A stretch of 64,000 nt of DNA. It comes from Phycisphaerae bacterium (lineage in GTDB: Bacteria; Planctomycetota; Phycisphaerae; UBA1845; Fen-1342). Below are positions 10,144 through 18,318 of this stretch, one piece after another (within the stretch, counting starts at the first letter, position 1; the number at the start of each line of letters is the position of its first letter). A program made the position numbers and the translations under genes. Location of the stretch: the NCBI GenBank assembly GCA_050115495.1, contig JASFQK010000013.1:64001-128000 (forward strand), read 5' to 3'. The notes beneath the pieces were generated by a model, which was not told the origin of the DNA, ran no database searches, and saw nothing but the letters and a program-made list of their open reading frames with translations.

Positions 10144-11400
10144 ATGAGGACGGCAATCAACCTGGAAGTCGGCGGACCGAGCGATCATTCCGTCGGCGAG
10201 CTCATCTGTGACGTCGGGCGCGAACTGAGCAGCGCTTTCGACGAGTTGATTGCAGTGCTTCCGGAATCCGCTCGGAGACCACAACCGTTGGCCCAGTTGC
10301 TCGGCCTCGACAGGAACACCGCCCATCGGTTAATGACGGCGATCCGCAAGGGCGACCCCTTGGCCACCGTTCACGCGATACCCGGCCCGGAGCCGCTGCG
10401 CCGCGTGACGGCGGGCGCGCGACGCCACTTCGTTCCCACCCCGATTGCGGAGCGCGCTGAAAGAGCGATTGGGGCCTTTGAGGCGCTGATCAACAATGAG
10501 GGCGGCGACCGCGCCGGACTCGACGCGATCATCAGCGCCTGGTTACCGGACGCACGCCGCCGCTTCGAGCGGCTGGCCAAGCAGTGGGTCTACCGTGGCG
10601 CCCGGCAGGTCAAGGGGCTGGCCGCGGATGTCAATTTCACCGCACATATGATCCATCCGGCGAGCGCACTGTGGTGCGATGCAGTGGACGTCTTCGGCTA
10701 CCTGGGACTTCAGCGGATTCGGCCTGAGGCTTCGTTGCGATTGGGGGTCTTCAGCGGTTCGACACACCTTGAGGCCGGGCCACGCACGCTCAACGGCGAG
10801 CTCATCCAGGATCCGCATGAAATCCTGTGGCCGGAATACTGCTCACGCCCGCCGGTCGAGTTGACTGTGCACCAGATCCCGGAGGGCAGCAGGCGGGTCT
10901 ATGAGCTGAAGTGGCACAAGGCTGTTGGTGTGAGCTCTGCCCGAGACATCGTCATGCGGGAGTACATGTCGCAGGCAATCCGGCGGTGCCGGAATCCGGA
11001 GACGGGACTGCGGAAGGCTGCGATCGAGGATTGTGTCGCTGTGCCGACGAAGGCAATGATCCTTGACGTGCTGTTGCACAAGGACGTCTTTCCCGCCTGG
11101 CAACCGCAGGTCCGCATCATGGAGACCGGTGCCCGCGGCCACGCCGACCCCAACGATCCGACGCGTGATTTCGACATCCTGCCGCTGCTCGAGCGCATCG
11201 AGCCGCTCGGCCGCGGCGTCGGACGTTTTCGGGCGGAGGAGATCCCGCACTACGTGGAGATGCTGGCGGAAGTGTGCGCCATCCGCGGCTGGAACCCTGA
11301 CGACTTCCGCGGTTACCGAACCAGGATTGAGTTCCCCGTGTTCAGCTCGCTGGTTCAGTTCGTCGTCGACTTGCCGGACCCACCGTCATCCGCTACGTGA
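10144..11400 (+). CDS. Uncharacterised ~420-aa HTH protein (paralogue)
   Basis: PQPLAQLLGLDRNTAHRL; RBS GAGGAG; highly similar to 4396-5661. Confidence 0.82.
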   Translation: MRTAINLEVGGPSDHSVGELICDVGRELSSAFDELIAVLPESARRPQPLAQLLGLDRNTAHRLMTAIRKGDPLATVHAIPGPEPLRRVTAGARRHFVPTPIAERAERAIGAFEALINNEGGDRAGLDAIISAWLPDARRRFERLAKQWVYRGARQVKGLAADVNFTAHMIHPASALWCDAVDVFGYLGLQRIRPEASLRLGVFSGSTHLEAGPRTLNGELIQDPHEILWPEYCSRPPVELTVHQIPEGSRRVYELKWHKAVGVSSARDIVMREYMSQAIRRCRNPETGLRKAAIEDCVAVPTKAMILDVLLHKDVFPAWQPQVRIMETGARGHADPNDPTRDFDILPLLERIEPLGRGVGRFRAEEIPHYVEMLAEVCAIRGWNPDDFRGYRTRIEFPVFSSLVQFVVDLPDPPSSAT

Positions 11401-11434
11401 GGTCCTGCCGGTGTCTTGCCGGGGGGCTTGCGAT

Positions 11435-11525
11435 CGGAGAGGGGGGGATTCGAACCCCCGGTAGAGCTTTGACGCCCTACGACGGTTTAGCAAACCGTTG
11501 CCTTCAGCCACTCGGCCACCTCTCC
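11435..11525 (-). tRNA. tRNA-Ser(GCT)
   Basis: GGAGAGGTGGCCGAGTGG...ACGGT-TTGCTAA-ACCGT, long variable arm, GGTTCGAATCC; CCA not encoded. Confidence 0.96.
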
Positions 11526-11768
11526 AGGCGGCGGCGGGCGTGCCCGGCGGGCCGCGTCCGCATGCGCTCGGACCAGCATACCGCCGACCCGGGCCCCGGA
11601 CAAGCCCGCTGGCCGGCCGAGTGCCGGGCCTGCGGTCGCGACTCGGTACCGTGGCGCATAAAATGCCGTTTTTCGGCGACCGATGGGACCCCGGTTCCCG
11701 ATTGCTGCGGCGTCGCCGGCCGGCTCCCGCTTAGATGCGACGACCGACCAGGCACGAGGGACGCAACC

Positions 11769-12785
11769 ATGAAGCACCTGCCCGACCCACAGCTCAGCTT
11801 CGAGCCGCTGACACGCATGCTCTACGGTGCGATTCCGTCCAGGCTGTTGCTTGCGGCCATCGAGTTGGACGTGTTCTCGCACCTGACCCAGCCCCTGTCC
11901 GCCGAGGCGCTCGCCCCCCGGATGCACGCTTCGCCGGAGCGAGCAAGACCGTTCCTGGATGCGCTGGTTGCCAACGACCTGCTGGAGAAGCGCGCCGGCC
12001 GCTACGGCAATACGCCGATCGCGGAGGCCTTCCTCGTCAAAGGGCGGCCCACGTACCTCGGTGACGTGTTCCTCAACATCAGCGGGTACATGCAGCCCGC
12101 CTTCGAGGCGCTGACGGCGTTGGTCCAGGCCCGGCCGGCGCCACCCGGAGAGCCCCGCCAGCCGGGCGGGCCCGATCCGGAAACCCAGATCTACGCCAAC
12201 TACCAGCGCGCCGGCCGCGCGCAGCAGGCGGCGGCGATGATCAGCGAACTCCCCGAGTTTCCCCGCATGAGGAGGATGCTGGACCTGGGCGCCGGTGCCG
12301 GCCTCATCGGCCTGGCCATCGTCGCGGCCCATCCGACGATGACCGGCGTGCTCTTCGATCGGCCGGACGTCGTCCAGGTCGCGCAGCAGTACATCCACGA
12401 ATATGATCTGGCCGACCGCGTGACGACGATCGGCGGCGACTACGCGGTCGATCCGATCGGCGACGGTTACGACCTCATCTGGTCCAGCTACACGCTCAAC
12501 TTCCAGCGCGGCAATCTGGACCCGATCATGCACAAGATCCGCGCGGCCCTGACCCCTGGCGGCGTCTATGTCAGCATGTCCGAGGGCCTGACCCAGGACC
12601 GCACCAAGCCCGCCACGCTGGTCAACTCCATGCTGGCGCACAGCCTCGCCGGCAGCGAATTGACGTTCGACGACGGCGAGATCGCCCAGGCGATGCTGCG
12701 TGCCGGCTTTCGGTCCGTCCACAGCCGCCACGCGGCCAGCCCCTGCTGGCACGGCCCCGTGGTCGTCGACATCGCCCGACCATAG
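11769..12785 (+). CDS. SAM-dependent O-methyltransferase (dimerisation domain + Methyltransf_2 type)
   Basis: LLAAIELDVF dimerisation region; MLDLGAGAG SAM motif; LFDRPDVV. Confidence 0.88.
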   Translation: MKHLPDPQLSFEPLTRMLYGAIPSRLLLAAIELDVFSHLTQPLSAEALAPRMHASPERARPFLDALVANDLLEKRAGRYGNTPIAEAFLVKGRPTYLGDVFLNISGYMQPAFEALTALVQARPAPPGEPRQPGGPDPETQIYANYQRAGRAQQAAAMISELPEFPRMRRMLDLGAGAGLIGLAIVAAHPTMTGVLFDRPDVVQVAQQYIHEYDLADRVTTIGGDYAVDPIGDGYDLIWSSYTLNFQRGNLDPIMHKIRAALTPGGVYVSMSEGLTQDRTKPATLVNSMLAHSLAGSELTFDDGEIAQAMLRAGFRSVHSRHAASPCWHGPVVVDIARP

Positions 12786-12975
12786 CTGGACCGCCCCTCG
12801 CGGCTATGGGACCGTGCCTTGGGGCCTACGCCTGCCGACGGCTCGCCGTGACTTCGGGTAGTATCCCGGCCACCGTCGCCCTCTGACGCCGCGGCGCGTA
12901 GAATGACGTCTTTCGGCGACCGGCCGGGGTCGGACCCTGGCCCCCCGGCGTCGCCGCCGGCGCGTAACACCTGGC

Positions 12976-15900
12976 ATGGGGAATCCGTCGTTGGGCAGCG
13001 AGCTGTTCGCCAGCGGACTCGCGGACCACCGCGCGGTCGAGATTCCCGCGGAGCTCGACGCCGCTGCCCGTACGCGCTTCGTGACGCTCATCCGCACGGC
13101 GGTTGAGAAACAGGCGGCCCTCGCCAAGCAGCACCCCAAGATTCTCCGCGTCGATCCGCAGATCGAGGCCGACAAGCACCGCGTCGTGATCCGGCACGAG
13201 CCGGCCAGCCCGGCGGACGCCGCCGCCATCGTCGCCGCCGCGCCGCAGGCCGACCTGACGACGCTCTGGTGGGTCACCGCGTCGCTGGTGCCGGCCCTGG
13301 CCGCCGGTCACGAGCAGATGCTGGTCCACGGCGGCATCCACAATGGCGTGCTGTTCCTCGACCGTAGCGGTTGCCTCAAGGTCGGGGACTTCGGCATCGC
13401 GCCCGTGTACGAGGTCGTCTGCGGCGGGCGGGAACGCCGCCGCGTGGCCTGCATCATCGAGCCGGGCGGCGGGGCCGAGCGCGGCGCCAGCTCGGGGCGC
13501 TGGGCCCTGCTCACCGAGGACTCGCGGCGGCCGTACGGCTGGATCGCCCCGTATTTCTCGCACGAACTGCTGGAGAGCGAGGATCTCCGGCTCAACCCGA
13601 AATCCGACCAGTTCGCCCTGGGCACGCTGCTGTTCCTCTGGGCGACCGGCACGCACCCGTACGGCGCCGCCCTCGACGATCCATCGCTGAACTTCTACTT
13701 CCATTTCGAGCCGTTCGCCCTGGAGGAAGAGCGGCCGGAGTGGGCCGATGTCTTCAAGAAGCAGCGCAGCGGACTGACGTCTGCCACCGACCGCCCGCTG
13801 TGCGCCTGGGCCGATCTGGTCCGCCGGCTGCTCAGCAGCGAGCCGGCGGAGCGTTTCGCGAACATCAAGGAAGCGGGCGAGACGATCACCGAGCACGTTT
13901 CCGACTCGTGGGGTCGGGCGGTGCAGGCCATCAGCGCGGCCCTCGTGGACCTGGACGCCGGCCAGCCCGAGGCGTTTCTCACGCAGGTGGAGCCTTGTGC
14001 GGCTGACGACTCGCTGCCAGCGCCGTGGGCGACACGGCTGGCGGCGCTGGTCGCCGACGTGCAGGCCCAGAAGGACGTCATCATCCGCCGGAAGGAACTG
14101 GCGGCCCTGCTTCACCAGGCGGAAGAGACCTTTGCCAGTGGCGACCTGGAGCAGACCCGCCGGCTAGCCGAGGAAGCGGCCGCCGATCCGGCGGCGGACG
14201 ACGGGCTGCGGGACCGCAGCGCGGAGCTGCTCAGCGCCTGTCAGGAGCGCGAGGAGATCATCGAGCAGGCGGTTCGCGCCCAGGCCGACGAGGTCTTCAA
14301 CGCCGCCCGGCAGGCACTCGGTACGCAGGACTTCAACGATGCCCGACTCTGCCTCAATGCGCTCGTCCAGGACGAGGCCACGCCCGAGGCGATCATCCAG
14401 GAAGCTCGGCAGTTCCTCGATGAGATTGATCGCATCGAGCAGGACCACCGTCGCCGATCGGCCGAGTTGGACCAAGTCCGCCGCGACCTCTCCGGCGGTG
14501 AGCTGGATGCGGCGGAGCAGCGGCTGTCGGCACTGCGGGGTGAGGAGGGGCTTTCGGACGAGATGGCCGCGGCGGCCGGGCAGCTCGCGGATGAGATTGC
14601 GTCGCAGCGTGAGCGTCTGGCCGCCAGTCGGGCCGCACTGGACGCCGCCGAGTTGGCCTGGGAGGCCGCGGACCCGGCGGCGATGCAGGAAGCGCTCGCC
14701 GGCGTGTCGGCCGACCTCTGCGTCACGGAGATTGTGGAGCGGCACCAGGACCTCGCTGATCGTGCCGACGCCCTCGCCGCCACCATCGCGCAGCGGGACA
14801 CCGCAGAGCGCGTGCTCGCGGAAGGCAACGCGGCGGCGGCGGCAGCGGTGCTGGCCCGCGCCCTCGAAAACGCGACGTTGCCCGCCAGTCTCCGCCAGGA
14901 ACTGACCGAAGCCGCCGAGCACACGCAGGAAGTGCTCAGAGAGCAGCAGCAGCAGGCCGCGGACAACGCTCGCGATAGCCTGGCCCAGGCCGAGAGTGCC
15001 TTCGTCGCCGGCGACGAGGGCGCGGCCCGCGCGATCATCGAAGGCGTCGTGCTCGGCGCGCCGCATCTGCCCGACGAGCTGCGCAAGACCGCCGAGAAGT
15101 TGCAGGCTCGCTGCGACCGCTTCCGGGCGGCGACGGCGACGCTTGGCGAGATCGCCGACAAGCTGGGTCAGGATGAGCTCGATGCGGCGGCGGCATCGCT
15201 CGAACAGGTCGATACCGCCGGTTTGCCGGAGACGATCGAAACGCAGGCCGCCGACCTGCGACAGCAGCTTGCTGAGGCTCGCCGGCTTTTCGCCGAACGC
15301 CAGCGGGAGCGCCTGGCCGGTCAGATCGAAGACGCCGGCCGGCGGCTGGCCACGGGTGATGTCTCCGTCGAGCCGGTTCTGCGGGAAGTCGCGGGTTCGC
15401 CGCACTGCGACGCGGAGCTGACGAATCGCGTCGCCGCACTGCGGGCGGAGCTGGAGCAGGCGAAGGCCGTCACCAGCACGCTCGCCGCCGCCGAGGCCGC
15501 ACTCGCCCGGGACGATATCCAGGCGGCGCAGACGCTGCTCGCCAAGGGCGGCAAGGTCGAAGGCGAGCGGCTGGCGGCGCTGCCGGCGGAACTGCCCGGC
15601 TGGGCGATCAAGCGCGCCACCCAACTGCGGAAACGCATCGCCGAGGCTGAGGCCGAACGCCGCCGAAAGGTGCTGGCCGCGTGGCGGGCCGATCTCGAAG
15701 CTGCCGAAGCCGCGCTCAACGCCGGCGATCACGCCAAGGCGAAGCCGCTGCTGGCTCGTACCGGCAGCGATCTCGAACTGGACGAAGCACTGCATGCCCG
15801 ACAGGAGAAGCTGCAAGCGCTGGCCGCGGCGCTGGCGAAGTGCATGCCGCAGATCGAGGCCCTCGAGCAGCGCCTGCTTCAGGACGATGTTCACGCCGTC

Positions 15901-17916
15901 GGTCGCGAGGCGCAGGCGCTCCTCGCGGATACCTCACTGCCGGCGCCGGCCGGGGCCCGGCTGCGTCGTTTGATCAAGGACGCCACGACCCGCACGGTCA
16001 CGCGACGGCAGCAGATCGACATCGAGCTGCGCGACCTGACCGCCGAATTGGACCGTCACGGCCGACGGGCGCGCGACGTGCCCCGCCGGGCCGAGGCCAT
16101 TCGCGCCGACGCCCTGGCGACCGACGAGCAGCGGAAGGCCGCCGCCGAACTGGTCGCCCGTTTTGAGGCGATGCCGAAGCCGCGGCCGGTGCTGCCGCTG
16201 GTCGGCGTGGCGGCGGTCGTGCTGCTTGCCCTCGGTGGCGGAGCCTGGTTCCTGATGGGCAGCGGCGGCGGCAATGGGGGTGGTGGCGATGGCGGTGGGA
16301 ACTCGGGCGGCGGCAATAGTGGCGCTGTGGTGACTCCGGTGACGCCCACGCAGCCGCAGCCGGAGCCAGGACCAGAGCCCGTTGTGGAGACCCTACCCAC
16401 GGCGCTCGAGCGAGCGAACGAACATCCGCCAACTCTGCCGGCGCTGCCGCCGTTGGCGGACCTCGTCGCCGCCGACAGTGCCCCGCTGGCTGACTTGTTG
16501 CGGCTGGTGTTGACCGAGCAGGAGACCGCCGTCGCGTTTCGTAGCGACGCCCCGATCGAATGGTCAGAGGACCCGGCGGACGCATCTGTGGTCATCGCCG
16601 ACGTGCTGGCCGATACCGTCGCCGGCCCGCTCACGCTGGTCGTGACGGCGCGCTGTCCCGAAGAAGGCGACACGCCCACGGAGTGCAACGCGATACTGCC
16701 GGCCGATGAACTCGGCAAGATCGCCGACTGGCTGGCGTCTGAAGGGAGCGGTTTGACCGCGGTGTGGGAGCGGATCAGCGACGAGCAGCGGCAGCAGGTT
16801 CGCGGGCTGGTGGAGACGCTGGATGCGCAGCGCTGGTTCGCCGACGCACACGTGACGCTGCCGCAACCGGTCGTCGAGCCCGTCGTGGAACCGGTCGTTG
16901 CGCAGACGCCGCCGGCGGACCTGACCTTGACGCTGTTGCAGGCCGCCCAGACGAGCAGCCCTCCGCTGGCCGAGGTGTTGCAGACACTGCCGGCTGCGCG
17001 GGATGCGGCGTTGTCTCTGGACGTTGCGAACTGGGCCGCCGCCGCGGACGAGCCGACCCGCTATACGCAAACCGTTGACCTCGCCGCGCTCGCGGATGGC
17101 CTGACCGCAGGCGTGTACGCCCAGAACACCGCAGCAGCCGGCGAGCCCGCGACCTGGTCCGTCGGCCTGACCGATGAGGCCGTCGCGGCGCTGGCGGGCT
17201 GGGCTCGCGGCCGCGTCGAGCACGTGTTGCGCGAGCTTGGCAACGAAGGTGAGCTCGCCACGGCGTGGGACCGTCACGATGCCGTCGCGACGCAGCTTGC
17301 CACGCTCGGACAGACGCTCAACACCGACATGCTCCCGCCGGCCTGGGCGACGGCCCGCGCCGATCTTGGGCTTGCGGAGACCTGGGCCGACGGACCGCTC
17401 GACCCGCGGTTGGGCTATCCCGAGAGCCTGAAGAACGCCGAGACGCAGGCCGAGTTGCTGCTCGTCCGCGCGTATCCGACGAGCGAGATCTGGCAGCAAT
17501 TTTCGGGTCAGACGCCTCGCTGGTGGATCTTCTACGTCGACGCCCGCCCCGCCGGGCAGCCGGCGGAGACGTTCGCCGACGCGCGGGCCGCGGCCCGTGA
17601 GCAGTTCGGTCGCGGACTGCCCACGCACGACGAGTGGACGCTGGCTGCGCTGATGCTCGGCGGCGATGCAGCCACCGGCCTGCTCGGTGGCCGGTACGAG
17701 TGGAGCACGGGCGACGAAGGCGGGCCGGCCTGGGCGTGTGGCGGGCGCCCGGAAGATACCGGCGATCGCAGCCCCATCCCGGCGCCGCCCAGACCGCAGG
17801 CTTCCGTCGCCGAGCGACAAGCATGGCTCGCGAATCCGCTCGTCTCGCAACGCCGCGCGTACGGCGACGGCCTGGTCACGTACCGCACGGTGCTGCGTGT
17901 CTACGAGTCTCGTTAG
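12976..17916 (+). CDS. Large membrane protein: degenerate Ser/Thr kinase domain, long helical/TPR-like region, TM helix, C-terminal FGE-sulfatase-like domain
   Basis: VHGGIHNGVLFL..LKVGDFG, YFSHE, KSDQFALG; TM helix LPLVGVAAVVLLALGGGAWFLM; TFADARA..GLPTHDEW..GGRYEW..YRTVL. Confidence 0.75.
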   Translation: MGNPSLGSELFASGLADHRAVEIPAELDAAARTRFVTLIRTAVEKQAALAKQHPKILRVDPQIEADKHRVVIRHEPASPADAAAIVAAAPQADLTTLWWVTASLVPALAAGHEQMLVHGGIHNGVLFLDRSGCLKVGDFGIAPVYEVVCGGRERRRVACIIEPGGGAERGASSGRWALLTEDSRRPYGWIAPYFSHELLESEDLRLNPKSDQFALGTLLFLWATGTHPYGAALDDPSLNFYFHFEPFALEEERPEWADVFKKQRSGLTSATDRPLCAWADLVRRLLSSEPAERFANIKEAGETITEHVSDSWGRAVQAISAALVDLDAGQPEAFLTQVEPCAADDSLPAPWATRLAALVADVQAQKDVIIRRKELAALLHQAEETFASGDLEQTRRLAEEAAADPAADDGLRDRSAELLSACQEREEIIEQAVRAQADEVFNAARQALGTQDFNDARLCLNALVQDEATPEAIIQEARQFLDEIDRIEQDHRRRSAELDQVRRDLSGGELDAAEQRLSALRGEEGLSDEMAAAAGQLADEIASQRERLAASRAALDAAELAWEAADPAAMQEALAGVSADLCVTEIVERHQDLADRADALAATIAQRDTAERVLAEGNAAAAAAVLARALENATLPASLRQELTEAAEHTQEVLREQQQQAADNARDSLAQAESAFVAGDEGAARAIIEGVVLGAPHLPDELRKTAEKLQARCDRFRAATATLGEIADKLGQDELDAAAASLEQVDTAGLPETIETQAADLRQQLAEARRLFAERQRERLAGQIEDAGRRLATGDVSVEPVLREVAGSPHCDAELTNRVAALRAELEQAKAVTSTLAAAEAALARDDIQAAQTLLAKGGKVEGERLAALPAELPGWAIKRATQLRKRIAEAEAERRRKVLAAWRADLEAAEAALNAGDHAKAKPLLARTGSDLELDEALHARQEKLQALAAALAKCMPQIEALEQRLLQDDVHAVGREAQALLADTSLPAPAGARLRRLIKDATTRTVTRRQQIDIELRDLTAELDRHGRRARDVPRRAEAIRADALATDEQRKAAAELVARFEAMPKPRPVLPLVGVAAVVLLALGGGAWFLMGSGGGNGGGGDGGGNSGGGNSGAVVTPVTPTQPQPEPGPEPVVETLPTALERANEHPPTLPALPPLADLVAADSAPLADLLRLVLTEQETAVAFRSDAPIEWSEDPADASVVIADVLADTVAGPLTLVVTARCPEEGDTPTECNAILPADELGKIADWLASEGSGLTAVWERISDEQRQQVRGLVETLDAQRWFADAHVTLPQPVVEPVVEPVVAQTPPADLTLTLLQAAQTSSPPLAEVLQTLPAARDAALSLDVANWAAAADEPTRYTQTVDLAALADGLTAGVYAQNTAAAGEPATWSVGLTDEAVAALAGWARGRVEHVLRELGNEGELATAWDRHDAVATQLATLGQTLNTDMLPPAWATARADLGLAETWADGPLDPRLGYPESLKNAETQAELLLVRAYPTSEIWQQFSGQTPRWWIFYVDARPAGQPAETFADARAAAREQFGRGLPTHDEWTLAALMLGGDAATGLLGGRYEWSTGDEGGPAWACGGRPEDTGDRSPIPAPPRPQASVAERQAWLANPLVSQRRAYGDGLVTYRTVLRVYESR

Positions 17917-18009
17917 GCGACGCCCCGACCGCCGTTGGCCAGTCACCCGGCGGAGGGGTACGATGATGTTGTGGCACGCTCGGGGCGTGCGCTGATGGTG
18001 AGGTGTCCC

Positions 18010-18291
18010 ATGAAACGACGACTCACGCTGCTGCCGGTTGTGGCGGCGGCTCTATCCATCGCGGGGCTGCTGGTGGTGGCCGGGGGTTGCCATTCCGGTG
18101 GGCGTGCCGAGCGGCCGCCGGCGCGGCGGGCGCCCGCACGTCCTCACGGACACGCCGAATCGCTGGCCGGCCGCGATGCCGACCGGGCCCGGGCGGATCT
18201 CGACCGGCAGGAACGGGACTCTCGCACCCGCCCGCCGGCGGCACCGCCCGCGCACTCCGGCTCGCGCGCCGTGGACCAGCCGCGGCACTGA
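18010..18291 (+). CDS. Small putative lipoprotein
   Basis: MKRR + hydrophobic stretch + AGG-C lipobox-like site. Confidence 0.6.
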   Translation: MKRRLTLLPVVAAALSIAGLLVVAGGCHSGGRAERPPARRAPARPHGHAESLAGRDADRARADLDRQERDSRTRPPAAPPAHSGSRAVDQPRH

Positions 18292-18318
18292 TCGACGTCG
18301 ACCGGCAGGTTGTGTGGA

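Larger units (their letters stand above)
560..11400. repeat. Tandem duplication of a cassette (copy 1 ~560-5661, copy 2 ~5848-11400)
   Basis: Same gene order in both copies. Hairpin GCCCTGGAGACGCGGACC..G(T/C)CCGCGCTCCAGGGC at 562 and 5850. Dockerin-coding ends and regulator 3' ends are near-identical. Confidence 0.95.

Noticed and set aside
560..11525. Integrative island at tRNA-Ser(GCT)
   Set aside because: The cassette abuts the tRNA 3' end, but I found no integrase and no duplicated tRNA 3' (att) sequence
11397..11768. N-terminal extension of the methyltransferase ORF; also UGA read-through of the regulator
   Set aside because: The extension overlaps the tRNA, the paralogous regulator ends at the same position with TAG, and the likely start is ATG 11769
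17400..17916. FGE/C-lectin-like end as a DGR target
   Set aside because: No matching template repeat or reverse transcriptase was seen
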